DNA of 63,599 bases, filler included. It is 7 parts of 7 records of this genome, joined end to end, with 100 filler letters (N's around TTAATTAATTAA, not from the genome) between each part and the next. Parts side by side here need not be neighbours in the genome. Positions count along the whole stretch, not along the records: positions 47,640 to 55,124 come from SRR31147125_30267; positions 55,225 to 63,599 come from SRR31147125_30348; 5 more parts are not named here. One strand, 5' to 3'. This document shows, piece by piece, positions 53,653 to 63,597 of the stretch (positions within the stretch are counted from its first letter, which is position 1; every line of letters begins with the position of its first letter). The notes beneath the pieces are model-generated. The model had not been told where the DNA came from. It saw nothing but the letters and a program-made list of their open reading frames with translations, and searched no databases. A program made the position numbers and the translations under genes.

Positions 53653-55124
53653 TTACAGGTCATAGACCGATTGTAGTGCAGCATCCAGATGTTCCGGTTT
53701 TGTTCCACCGGCCTGGGCCATGTCGGGTCTTCCGCCACCACCGCCGCCCACCATGGCAGCTGCTTTTTTGACGATATTTCCGGCATGGAATCGATCGGTC
53801 ATATCTTTGGTGACCACGCAGATCAACAGCGCTTTTCCTCCGGATTCCGCACCCAGCAGTACCACACCGGAGCCGATCTTGGTCTTGAACTTATCGGCAA
53901 GATCCCTCATCTGGGATGGATTGTCGATATCCACCTTTCGGGCAAGTACTTTGGTGCCGTTCACCTCTTTGACATCCGATTCGATGTTGTCCATGGATTT
54001 GGAAGCAATCTGCGCTTTGAGGGCGATGATCTCTTTATCAGCGCTTTTCTTATCGGAAATCAAGGTTTCGAGTTTTGATACCACAGCCTCTTTGGGTCCT
54101 TTGAGAAGCCCTGCAGCTGTCTGAAGTTGTTCGATGCTTTCCTGGATATGGGTAATGGCGCCTTCACCGGTTACCGCCTCGATTCGCCGGACACCCGATG
54201 CAATCCCCGCTTCAGACACAATCTGGAAAAGTCCGATGTTTCCGGTACGTCCCGTATGAGTTCCCCCACACAGCTCTCGGCTGAACCCCCCATGGAGACC
54301 ACTCGAACCCGATCGCCGTATTTTTCTTCAAACAGGGCCGTAGCGCCCGATTTCACCGCCTCATCCATGGTCATTTCAACCGTCTCAAGGGATGCATTCT
54401 CCCGAATTCTGGCATTGACATACTTTTCGATGGCCACAATCTCTTCCTTGGTGATGGCGGAAAAATGAGTGAAGTCGAAACGAAGTCGATCATGGGTGAC
54501 CAGAGAACCGGCCTGTTTCACATGGGCTCCCAGCACGTCTCGCAGCGCCGCATGAAGGATATGGGTTGCCGAATGGTTCAGCGCCGTTGCAGCGCGATTC
54601 TCTCCATTCACTGTCAGCAGCAGTTCCGCGCCTTTTTTCAACGTTCCGGAGGCGACCACGCCTTTGTGAATTCGAATCCCGGTGGGATCTGAAACCGTAT
54701 CTGAGATATTGACTACAAGGCCGTCCAAAAGGGTTGCCGTACCGCAGTCACCGGCCTGTCCGCCGGATTCTGCATAAAAGGGGTCTTCTCCGTGACAAAC
54801 TCGATACGATCCCCTTCGGAAGCGGTCTCCACTTCCTGACCGTCTTTGACAATCAACAGCAGATTGGAAGCACTCTCCAGCGTATCGTAGCCGGTAAATT
54901 CCGTGCGAATCCCTTGGGAAGTCAACGTCTTGAATGCCTCACCCACCCCTTCGAATGTCTTGGCGCTTTTCGACCGCGCTTTCTGCTCGGCCATGGCCTT
55001 CGCATAGCCATCCATGTCAAGCTCGATATCCGATCCTTTGAGGATATCCGTGATGATATCCACGGGGAATCCATAGGTGTCGTAAAGTTTGAAGATGACA
55101 TCTCCCGAGAGCACCTTGGCGCTG
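53653..55124 (-). CDS. alaS: alanyl-tRNA synthetase, C-terminal half, two frameshifts (~54777, ~54286), 5'-truncated
   Basis: FKLYDTYGFP, TPF(Y)AE, NHSATHILH, RLRFDF, ALFEEKY, GVRRIEA and GGGGRPDMAQAGG across three frames. Confidence 0.95.
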
Positions 55125-55224
55125 NNNNNNNNNNNNNNNNNNNNNNNNNNNNNNNNNNNNNNNNNNNNTTAATTAATTAANNNNNNNNNNNNNNNNNNNN
55201 NNNNNNNNNNNNNNNNNNNNNNNN
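55125..55224. other. artificial contig linker
   Basis: N44-TTAATTAATTAA-N44. Confidence 0.98.
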
Positions 55225-55259
55225 AATATAAAAATCAGGTTGTTTGTACAAAAAAATAG
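55225..55259 (+). CDS. ftsQ: 3' end of cell division protein FtsQ
   Basis: Reads YKNQVVCTKK*, like the C-terminus of Bacteroidota FtsQ, immediately before ftsA. Confidence 0.65.
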
Positions 55260-55264
55260 AGCTT

Positions 55265-56551
55265 ATGGGCAAAAGCGAAAAAATAATAGCTGCGGTTGAT
55301 GTAGGTACTACTAAAATTATAGTGGTTGCTGGCAAGAAAGGTGCTGATGGCAAAATTGAAGTGTTAGGTTACGGAAAGACCCGTTCGATGGGAGTGAAGC
55401 GAGGTGTTGTACTTAATATTGAAGAAGCATTTACCGCAATTCATAATGCCATAAGGCAGGCTGAAGATATGTTTAATGGTGATATCGATGAGGTTTATGT
55501 AAATGTTACCGGTCAACATTTGAAGACGGTTACTACCGCTGCTGAAAAATTCACCGATGAAAGTAGAATTGTTTCTGAAGCAGATATTGAACAACTTTTC
55601 ACAATAGCCCAAGATGTAAAGTTGCCAGAAGGATATAAAGTTTATCATGCCTGTCCTCAGTTGTTTACAGTCGATAATGAAGTGGGGATTCCAAACCCGG
55701 TTGGAACTGCAGGAGAGAAAATTCAGGCGGAATTTAAGTTGCTTGTTGCTCCTGAAATTTATGAAGATAATTTACGTCTTAGTTTTGAAAGAGCAGCAAT
55801 AAATGTTCAAAAAGCAATTGTTGATCCTCTGGCATCTTCTGAAGTTTTATTATCTGAAGATGAAAAAGAAGCTGGGGTTATTCTTATCGATATTGGAGGT
55901 GGAACAACAAAAGTAGCTGTTTATCATGATGGAGTACTTTGTTACTCATCATTAATACCATTTGGTGGAAATGTAATTACACATGATATAAAGGAGGGTT
56001 GCTCTATTCTTGCCCGTCAGGCAGAATCGTTGAAGGTTCAGTTCGGACAAGCAATGGGTGATTTTGCACCAGAAGATAAAGTGGTTACTATTCCTGGAAT
56101 TTCGGGATGGGAGCCCAAAGAAATAACCTTTAAAAATTTGGCATTTATTATTCAGGCACGAATGGAAGAAATTATTGATGCTTTCTTCTTTCAGGTTGAA
56201 GAATTAGGGCTGATGGATAAAATAAATGCAGGTATTGTAATAACAGGAGGAAGTGCATTGTTGCCCGATCTGTGTCAGCTTATAAAATATAAGACAGGAA
56301 TGGATGTTCGTAAAGGAATCCCGAGCTTACAACTCGATGGTCAACAAAAAGAACTTGAAGATCCACGATATGCAACTGTACTAGGTTTGTTAATTGCAGC
56401 GCTCAATGATTCGGGTAATGCAGTTATTTCGAAAAGAAAGAAAAAGAAAGTACGCTCTACTCAGCCTGGCTTTTTTAGTCAAATGAAAAAAGAAGTGGCT
56501 CGTCAGGTAACGCTGTTCTTCGATGAAGAGCAGGATACAGAAATGTTTTAA
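55265..56551 (+). CDS. ftsA: cell division protein FtsA
   Basis: DVGTTKI, GVKRG, DIGGGTT, ARMEEI and TGG motifs, plus a C-terminal amphipathic tail. Confidence 0.95.
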   Translation: MGKSEKIIAAVDVGTTKIIVVAGKKGADGKIEVLGYGKTRSMGVKRGVVLNIEEAFTAIHNAIRQAEDMFNGDIDEVYVNVTGQHLKTVTTAAEKFTDESRIVSEADIEQLFTIAQDVKLPEGYKVYHACPQLFTVDNEVGIPNPVGTAGEKIQAEFKLLVAPEIYEDNLRLSFERAAINVQKAIVDPLASSEVLLSEDEKEAGVILIDIGGGTTKVAVYHDGVLCYSSLIPFGGNVITHDIKEGCSILARQAESLKVQFGQAMGDFAPEDKVVTIPGISGWEPKEITFKNLAFIIQARMEEIIDAFFFQVEELGLMDKINAGIVITGGSALLPDLCQLIKYKTGMDVRKGIPSLQLDGQQKELEDPRYATVLGLLIAALNDSGNAVISKRKKKKVRSTQPGFFSQMKKEVARQVTLFFDEEQDTEMF

Positions 56552-56570
56552 CAAATTAAAATCCTCGTTT

Positions 56571-57815
56571 ATGGAGGAAATTTTAAATTTCGGTTTTGAA
56601 CAAACAAAATCCTCAATCATTAAAGTGATCGGGGTTGGAGGAGGTGGTTGCAATGCGGTCAACCACATGTTCGATGCAGGTATTGAAGGGGTTGATTTCC
56701 TCATTTGCAACACCGATGCTCAGGCAATGCAGAATAGTGTTGTGCCAATTAAAATTCAGTTGGGTGTTTCTTTAACTGAAGGTCGAGGTGCAGGAAATAT
56801 GCCCGAGCAGGGAGAGCAGGCTGCCATTGAAAACCTGGAAGATATTCGTTTGGTGCTGGAGCATACAAAGATGCTTTTCATAACTGCAGGGCTTGGTGGC
56901 GGTACTGGAACTGGTGCTGCTCCAGTTATTGCAGAGTTAGCTCGTGAGCTTGATGTTCTAACAATTGCTGTTGTTACAATCCCATCTCCTGCAGAAGGGA
57001 AAAGGCGCTTTGAACAAGCTCTGGAAGGCTTAGAGAAGCTTAAAAGTCAGGTGGATAGTTTGCTGGTTGTTAGCAATGAGAAATTGCATAAAATTTACGG
57101 AGACCTTCCAGCCTCGCAAGCTTTTAAAAAGGCAGATGATATTATAACAACTGCAGTAAAAGGTGTTGCTGAAATCATTACTCTACATGGCAATATTAAT
57201 ATTGACTATGCCGATGTGAATACGGTGATGACCCAAAGTAAAGTGTTCATTATGGGGACAGGTATTTCTGAAGGTTCAAACAGAGCTATGGATGCTGTTC
57301 AGAAAGCTCTTGAATCGCCATTGTTGGATAGTAATGATATTAATGGATCAAAAGATATTTTGCTGAATATTACTTCTGGGAAAGATGAAATTACCATGGG
57401 TGAAATTGGAGATATTATTGAGGTTCTTCAAGACAAAGCCGGGCAGGATGCAAACATTATTTGGGGAAATGGGATTGACCATAAACTTGGCGAGAAAATT
57501 AGCGTAACAATTATTGCGACCCGATTTGATAAAAATCCAAGTAAAATCATGCAAGCGCAGCAGCCTAAGGAGGAGTTTATATTGGAAAATCAAGCTTTTG
57601 AAATTAATCTGGATGATGATGATGAAAGTTTCAGTGAACAGGAAGAGAGTAAAAGTAATGAAGCAGAAACAGTAAATGAATCTGCTCAATCAAATAATAA
57701 AAATAATAAGGCAGCTCTAGTGACTGAAAATCACGATACTGAAAAAATGGATAGTTGGTTTCAACGCCAGTTTAGCCGTTTGTTTGATGATCAGGATGAA
57801 GCCATTAACAAATAA
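56571..57815 (+). CDS. ftsZ: FtsZ paralogue 1 (non-canonical C-terminal tail)
   Basis: [30 protein letters not shown] tubulin signature and T7 loop NIDYAD. Likely start MEEILNF. Confidence 0.92.
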   Translation: MEEILNFGFEQTKSSIIKVIGVGGGGCNAVNHMFDAGIEGVDFLICNTDAQAMQNSVVPIKIQLGVSLTEGRGAGNMPEQGEQAAIENLEDIRLVLEHTKMLFITAGLGGGTGTGAAPVIAELARELDVLTIAVVTIPSPAEGKRRFEQALEGLEKLKSQVDSLLVVSNEKLHKIYGDLPASQAFKKADDIITTAVKGVAEIITLHGNINIDYADVNTVMTQSKVFIMGTGISEGSNRAMDAVQKALESPLLDSNDINGSKDILLNITSGKDEITMGEIGDIIEVLQDKAGQDANIIWGNGIDHKLGEKISVTIIATRFDKNPSKIMQAQQPKEEFILENQAFEINLDDDDESFSEQEESKSNEAETVNESAQSNNKNNKAALVTENHDTEKMDSWFQRQFSRLFDDQDEAINK

Positions 57816-57826
57816 AAAATAAGCCT

Positions 57827-59246
57827 ATGTCAAGCGATATAATGAATTTTGAATTAGATAAATCTTCTGGAACTATTATTAAGGTGATTGGTGTTGGAGG
57901 GGGAGGCGGAAACGCAGTGAACCACATGTATGAAGAAGGCATCAAAGATGTCGGGTTTATGCTTTGTAATACAGATGCGCAGGCACTCCATGGAAGTCCT
58001 GTTCCTCTTAAAATTCAGTTGGGTGAATCACTTACTGAAGGAAGGGGGCTGGTAATAAACCCGAAATTGGGCGCGAAGCTGCTATCGAAAACATTGAAAA
58101 TGTTAAAAAGATGCTGGAGAAGACCACGAAAATGGTTTTCATCACTGCCGGGATGGGTGGAGGTACTGGTACTGGTGCTGCTCCTGTAATTGCAGAGGCT
58201 TGTAAAGAGCTTGGATTGTTGACAGTTGGCATTGTAACACTGCCGTTCCGAAACGAAGGACGAAGGCGTATTAAACAGGCGATTGATGGCATTGCTCAAA
58301 TGGAAGGGCATGTTGATTCTTTGTTGGTCATTAACAATGAGCGAATTCGTGAAATGTATGGTGACTTTAAAATCTCTGAAGCATTTGCAAAAGCAGATAA
58401 TGTGTTGACTACTGCAGCAAAGGGTATTGCCGAGATTATTACTGTTGCAGGTTACATTAATGTTGACTTCGCAGACGTTGAAACAGTGATGAGGACTAGC
58501 GGTGTTTCAGTTATGGGATCAGCAACTGCAGAGGGTGAGAATCGTGCATTAAAGGCTGTTGAGGAAGCGTTAAATTCACCTTTGTTGAACAACAATGATA
58601 TTGATGGAGCAAGAAATATTTTGCTGAACATTACGTCGGGTGGCGAAGAAGTTACTATGGATGAGATTGGGGAGATTACAGACTATGTTCAGGCAAAAGC
58701 AGGGAACGATGCCGATTTAATTTGGGGTAATGGTGTTGATGAAGCGCTTGGTGATAAAATATCTGTTACTATTATTGCGACTGGTTTTAGCGTAACGAGT
58801 ATTCCTGAAATGATGGCTGCACGAAAGGTTGAAAAAACCTATCATACTTTATCGGATGAACCACAAGCTCAACCTCAGCCTGCACCCAAATCGACAGCAA
58901 AAGTAAAAGTGCCTATTTCGGAGGAACCTCTAATGGGGAGCGGGCAGCGTACATTTGAATTTGATATAAATCCGTTGCCCGGTGATGAGTTTGATGACCT
59001 TTATGGAAAACCCAAAACTGATGAAATTGAAGAAAGTTCTTCAGTAAAAATGGATTTTTCTACATCTAGTGAAGAAGCTGTTGATGAGTTAGAAAATATT
59101 CCGGCATATCGACGAAAAAAATGAATGTGAAAGATTTGCGTAAAAAATTTGAACAGCGACTGTCACGTTTTTCATTAACAACGGACGATGAAGAGAAAAC
59201 CGTATTGCGCGACAATAATTCATATCTACATGATAATGTGGATTGA
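57827..59246 (+). CDS. ftsZ: FtsZ paralogue 2 (canonical Bacteroidota type), frameshifts at G-run 58044-58048 and A-run 59115-59121
   Basis: [20 protein letters not shown] and NVDFAD. Repaired C-terminus [13 protein letters not shown]...LSRFSL...[10 protein letters not shown]. Confidence 0.92.
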
Positions 59247-59273
59247 TATTATATAGTAAATAATACAGAGAAA

Positions 59274-59336
59274 GTCATTCCGAACGAGTTTTGGAATTTC
59301 TATCCGACAAAGATACTTAACCAAGCTCAGGACAAT
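59274..59336. repeat. degenerate REP-like palindromic element
   Basis: GTCATTCCGAACGAGTTTTGGAAT hairpin followed by AGATACTTAACCAAGCTCAGGACAAT, a decayed complement of the first half. Confidence 0.4.
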
Positions 59337-59372
59337 TTAATTGGATGTTTAATTTTTGCAAATTTATACGAT

Positions 59373-59822
59373 ATGGGACTTTTTGAACAAATAAACGAAG
59401 ATATGAAAGCGGCCATGAAGGCTCGCGAAAAAGATAAGTTAGAGGCAATTCGTGGAATTAAGAAAGTAGTTTTGGAGGCTAAAACAGCTAAAGGTGCTTC
59501 TGGTGAATTAACAGATCAAGACATTGTAAAAGTAATTCAGAAACTTGCGAAGCAGGGTAATGATTCCGCTACTATTTATAAAGAACAGGGTCGTGAAGAT
59601 TTGTATGAGCAGGAGATGGTACAGGTAAACGTTTTTGAAAGTTATCTTCCTGAAAAAATGAGTGATGAAGACCTTGTTAAAGAAATTCAGGGAATCATTG
59701 AGTCAGTTGGTGCCACAAGTATGAAAGAAATGGGAAAAGTGATGGGAATTGCTTCAAAAAAATTGGCTGGTCTGGCAGATGGCAAGATTATTGCAGACAA
59801 AGTGAAAGCACTTTTAAGTTAG
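59373..59822 (+). CDS. GatB/YqeY domain protein
   Basis: DMKAAMKA, YLP and MKEMGKVMG motifs. Usual neighbour of ftsZ in Bacteroidota. Confidence 0.92.
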   Translation: MGLFEQINEDMKAAMKAREKDKLEAIRGIKKVVLEAKTAKGASGELTDQDIVKVIQKLAKQGNDSATIYKEQGREDLYEQEMVQVNVFESYLPEKMSDEDLVKEIQGIIESVGATSMKEMGKVMGIASKKLAGLADGKIIADKVKALLS

Positions 59823-59890
59823 AATTATTCAATCAATTCGGAACTATATCATGCGGGATTCATTAATTGAGCCTCGTAATTTAGGGTAAG

Positions 59891-59914
59891 AAAGCGGGAC
59901 GTGTCCCGCTTTTT
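59891..59914. terminator. bidirectional intrinsic terminator
   Basis: AAAGCGGGAC-GT-GTCCCGCTTT between convergent genes. Confidence 0.75.
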
Positions 59915-59918
59915 GCTT

Positions 59919-60455
59919 TTAGTGGTTTAAGAACGATTTTAAAGAAACCACTTGAACAATTCCCTCAGTTGGAATCATTTCTTTCCAAAGCCAATTGTAA
60001 TGCTCTATAATCTTTTCAGCTTGAATATGTGGCCGATCGGCTGTAGTATGAGCGTTGGCTATAACAGTGGTCTTGTAATCATGATTCAATGCTGATCGTA
60101 CGGTTGAGTCCACACAGAAATCAGTAGCACAACCTGTAATTACGAGTTGATTTACTCCAAGTTTTTTTAGTATAGCATCTAGCTTTGAACGGTAAAAGGA
60201 ATCGTTTGCTGTCTTGCTAACTATCCAATCGTTTTCATTCATTACAAGAGATGGTAAAATCTCCCATTCTTTCGTTTCAGGAATATAACAATCAAATCGG
60301 CTACCATTGTGCTGTATGAAAATTACGGGTTCGTTGTTTGTTCTAAAGAGTGCAGAAAGCTGATTGATTTTGCTAATTACATTTTCAGCATTATATCTTG
60401 GAGTATTAGCAGTAAATGAGCCATTTTGCATATCAATAATAAGCAGTGCTTTCAT
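59919..60455 (-). CDS. isochorismatase/cysteine hydrolase family protein
   Basis: ALLIIDMQ (Asp), SKTANDSF (Lys) and GCATDFCV (Cys) triad. Confidence 0.9.
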   Translation of the reverse strand: MKALLIIDMQNGSFTANTPRYNAENVISKINQLSALFRTNNEPVIFIQHNGSRFDCYIPETKEWEILPSLVMNENDWIVSKTANDSFYRSKLDAILKKLGVNQLVITGCATDFCVDSTVRSALNHDYKTTVIANAHTTADRPHIQAEKIIEHYNWLWKEMIPTEGIVQVVSLKSFLNH

Positions 60456-60560
60456 ATTTCTGATTTTAATAAAGCAACGAATTTAACGATGAAGATAATT
60501 ATTGTTTGTCGATTTTCTTGTAAAAAAGAAACTGCAATATGTTCTGTTAAAATAAAAAAA

Positions 60561-60568
60561 TAACTTTG
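60561..60568 (+). promoter_or_regulatory. Bacteroidota -7 promoter element
   Basis: TAACTTTG matches TAnnTTTG, 60 nt upstream of porQ. Confidence 0.5.
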
Positions 60569-60627
60569 GCGTTTGAAGTAAGAGGTTGCAATAGATGTCG
60601 AAAGCCTCTAATAAGCATTGCTGATCA

Positions 60628-61656
60628 ATGAAGACTAAATATCTCTTTTTATTTATCTCTCTTTTTATTTCTTCTAAGCTAATAGCTCAGCTTGGTGGCG
60701 AGTCAACGTACGAGTTTTTAAACTTGCCAAATTCGGCTCGAATGGCAGCCCTTGGAGGTAATCAGGTGGCAATTTACGATGCAACAGATTTAAATGTAGC
60801 ATACAATAACCCTTCATTACTTCATGAAGAAATGGATAATCATTTACTCATAAACTATGTAAGCTATTTGGGTGATGTGCAGTTTGGCTATGCCTCGTAT
60901 GCAAAAGATTTTGCAGAAAAGGGTATGTTTGCTCTTGGCATGCATTACATCAACTATGGGAAGTTTACCTATGCTGATGAGTTTGGACAAAGAGATCAGG
61001 GCACTTTTAATGCCGCGGAATATGCGCTGAATATTATTTGGTCGAAACAGTTCGGAAGGCTTCGCACTGGGGCTACGCTTAAGCCAATTTTATCTTCGTA
61101 TGAGAACTATCAGTCGTTTGGGTTAGCAGTCGATCTTGGATTAAGTCTGGTTAGTGACGATGAGTTAACTACAATTGGTTTAGTCGTTAAGAATGCTGGT
61201 GCTCAGATTTCAACTTATTATGAAGGGGCTGATCGTGAACATATTCCTTTCGATATGCAACTTGGTTTTTCAAAACGTTTGGCCCATGCTCCGGTTCGAT
61301 TGGCTGCAACCCTGCACCATTTGCATGACTGGAATCTGGGAGAGTATTTGCAGGATGAAAATGAAACCAGTTTTGTGAAAACAGACGAGGGAGTTGGAAA
61401 GCAGTTTATGCGACACCTTTTACTTGGGGTCGAAATTCTTCCTTCTGAAAATTTCACACTTAGGGCGGGTTATAATTACCAACGGCGTCAGGAACTTGTT
61501 TTCGACAATAAAGCATCAACTGTTGGGTTTTCATGGGGGTTTGGATTTAAAATTAATCGTTTCCATTTTAATTACGGATCAGCCCGATATCACCTTTCGG
61601 CAACCAGTAATCATATTTCAGTTTCAATAAATCTAAATGAAGGCTTACGTAGGTAA
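60628..61656 (+). CDS. porQ: type IX secretion system protein PorQ
   Basis: YEFLNLPNSARMAALGG, NPSLL and GYNYQRRQEL motifs, with porQ-cmk synteny. Confidence 0.85.
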   Translation: MKTKYLFLFISLFISSKLIAQLGGESTYEFLNLPNSARMAALGGNQVAIYDATDLNVAYNNPSLLHEEMDNHLLINYVSYLGDVQFGYASYAKDFAEKGMFALGMHYINYGKFTYADEFGQRDQGTFNAAEYALNIIWSKQFGRLRTGATLKPILSSYENYQSFGLAVDLGLSLVSDDELTTIGLVVKNAGAQISTYYEGADREHIPFDMQLGFSKRLAHAPVRLAATLHHLHDWNLGEYLQDENETSFVKTDEGVGKQFMRHLLLGVEILPSENFTLRAGYNYQRRQELVFDNKASTVGFSWGFGFKINRFHFNYGSARYHLSATSNHISVSINLNEGLRR

Positions 61657-61700
61657 GTTAGAAATACGCATTCGTGTGCATCTAGATCAGATTTGTCATC

Positions 61701-61868
61701 ATCGAGCAGACATTCGCTGGCATCGTTCATTCATTCGTTGTTATTGATCAGATGCTTGTTGCTATCGATCAAATGTTTGTCATAGTCGAGCGTATACTTG
61801 TTATAATTGAGCAGGTGTTTATCATCATCGAGCAGTTATTTGCCGCCATCGAGCGGATGTTTGTTGGG
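61701..61868. repeat. degenerate 21-bp tandem repeat array (8 full units plus a partial upstream unit)
   Basis: Units in exact 21-nt register: ATCGAGCAGACATTCGCTGGC / ATCGTTCATTCATTCGTTGTT / ATTGATCAGATGCTTGTTGCT / ATCGATCAAATGTTTGTCATA / GTCGAGCGTATACTTGTTATA / ATTGAGCAGGTGTTTATCATC / ATCGAGCAGTTATTTGCCGCC / ATCGAGCGGATGTTTGTTGGG. Confidence 0.85.
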
Positions 61869-62057
61869 TAGTGTCTCAGAGAGGGAAAAGAGACTTTCTT
61901 CGTCTGAGTAGATTAGTTGTAAAAATGAACGAAGAGGTGATCTGTTACTTCAATATTTCATTAATAAGAGGAATTATAAGCACAAAACCTTATCGAAACA
62001 AGTAATCTGATATTAAGAATCGGGAATCATGATTATCTTTACCTGAAATTATCAAAA

Positions 62058-62750
62058 ATGACAGCTTCAAAGATTATCATAGCCATTGATGGACACTCCT
62101 CTTGTGGAAAAAGTACCGTAGCAAAACAGGTGGCCAAAAAGCTTGGATATATTTTTATTGACACCGGTGCAATGTACCGTTCAGTTACTTTATTTGCTTT
62201 GCGAAACGAATTAGCAGCAGATGGAAAAGTTGATGAGCCTGCACTAATTGATAACCTTAAAGAAGTTGAGATTGAATTTCGGTTTAATTCAGAAAAGCAG
62301 CTCAATGAAACTTATTTGAATGGCGAAAATGTAGAAGATGAAATTCGGAAATTACCTGTTTCAAATCATGTGAGCCCTGTCGCGACTATAAAAGAGGTGA
62401 GGGAGGCAATGGTCAAACTTCAGCAGAAAATGGGTGAAAACAAAGGAATTGTAATGGATGGGCGTGATATTGGAACGGTTGTTTTTCCGGAAGCCGAATT
62501 GAAAATATTTATGACTGCACGTCCTGAAGTTCGAGCACAACGACGTTATGACGAGCTTACAGCTAAAGGGGAAAACGTTAATTTTGATGAAATTTTAAAG
62601 AATGTACTTGAGCGTGATCATATTGACTCATCTCGTGCAATAAGCCCTTTGAAACAAGCGAGTGATGCTCTTTTGCTCGATAATAGCGACATTACTAGAG
62701 AGGAGCAAATGGATTGGGTTCTTGGTAAAGTGGAGGAGATAGTTGGATGA
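62058..62750 (+). CDS. cmk: cytidylate kinase
   Basis: [19 protein letters not shown] and [12 protein letters not shown]. Confidence 0.97.
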   Translation: MTASKIIIAIDGHSSCGKSTVAKQVAKKLGYIFIDTGAMYRSVTLFALRNELAADGKVDEPALIDNLKEVEIEFRFNSEKQLNETYLNGENVEDEIRKLPVSNHVSPVATIKEVREAMVKLQQKMGENKGIVMDGRDIGTVVFPEAELKIFMTARPEVRAQRRYDELTAKGENVNFDEILKNVLERDHIDSSRAISPLKQASDALLLDNSDITREEQMDWVLGKVEEIVG

Positions 62751-63597
62751 AAGTGACCATTGATCAAAAGTCTGGTTTTTGTTTTGGAGTGGTGAACGCT
62801 ATTGAAATGGCCGAAAAAACACTTCAGCAAGAAGAAAAGTTGTTTTGCCTTGGAGATATAGTCCACAATGGAATGGAAGTAAATAGACTTGAGTCACTTG
62901 GATTGGAAACTATAGATCGCAGACAGTTTTTTAAACTGAAAAATTGCAAAGTATTACTTCGTGCTCATGGCGAGCCACCATCCACTTATGAATATGCTCG
63001 GCAAAATAATATTGAGTTGATTGATGCAACCTGTCCGGTTGTTTTAAAATTGCAACAACGGGTAAAAAAGGCTCATGAGGAAATGCAACAGAAAGATGGA
63101 CAGATTATTCTTTTTGGTAAGCCCGGACATGCTGAGGTTGTTGGTTTAAGTGGGCAAACAAATGATGAAGCAATTATTATTGAAAGCGATGCTGATCTTG
63201 ACAAGATAGATCCGCAGAAGAAAGCCTACTTCTTTTCACAAACTACAAAATCAATCGATCAGTTTCATGAATTAGCGAATCAGATTGAAAACCTCTCGTC
63301 AAAAAAAATACAGGTAAAAGATACCATTTGCAGGCAAGTAGCGAATCGCGTTCCGCGTTTAACAAACTTTGCAAAAGAACATGAGGTTATTTTATTTGTA
63401 GGCGGAAAAAAAGCTCAAACGCAAGATTTCTTTTTGAAGTTTGTAAAAAATCAAATACAAGCAGTTATTTTGTTTCAAATAAGGAAGAAATTGATGTTTC
63501 CTGGTTTGAAGGTAAATCAACAGTTGGAATTTGCGGTGCAACTTCAACACCGCAATGGCTAATGGAAGAAATCGCAGAGTTGGTTAGTCAGTTTTAA
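62747..63597 (+). CDS. ispH: 4-hydroxy-3-methylbut-2-enyl diphosphate reductase, frameshift at A-run 63406-63412
   Basis: GFCFGV, VHN, AHG, DATCP, HAEV, SQTT and TIC motifs. Repaired end GGKKSSN...[13 protein letters not shown] with TAA at 63595-63597. Confidence 0.95.

Noticed and set aside
13073-55224. Six identical TTAATTAATTAA motifs in N-runs, and the 'LIN'-ending ORFs that cross them
   Set aside because: Artificial concatenation linkers with stops in six frames. They are not biological repeats, and no cross-linker gene neighbourhood was interpreted.
56523-56570. N-terminal extension of FtsZ1 overlapping ftsA (ORF-track start 56523)
   Set aside because: ATG 56571 (MEEILNF) aligns with the FtsZ2 start (MSSDIMNF) and avoids the overlap.
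61701-61868. 21-bp array as a CRISPR array
   Set aside because: Units are contiguous and degenerate with no unique spacers, and no cas genes are nearby.
1650-63412. About 13 small frameshifts (FrhB fusion, NH, ARH x2, RpiR, kinase start, SBP, yejB, alaS x2, ftsZ2 x2, ispH) as phase variation, programmed frameshifting or pseudogenisation
   Set aside because: Most lie in short homopolymer runs, they occur across unrelated contigs, and they hit essential genes (alaS, ispH). This fits homopolymer sequencing error. Read inspection would confirm.
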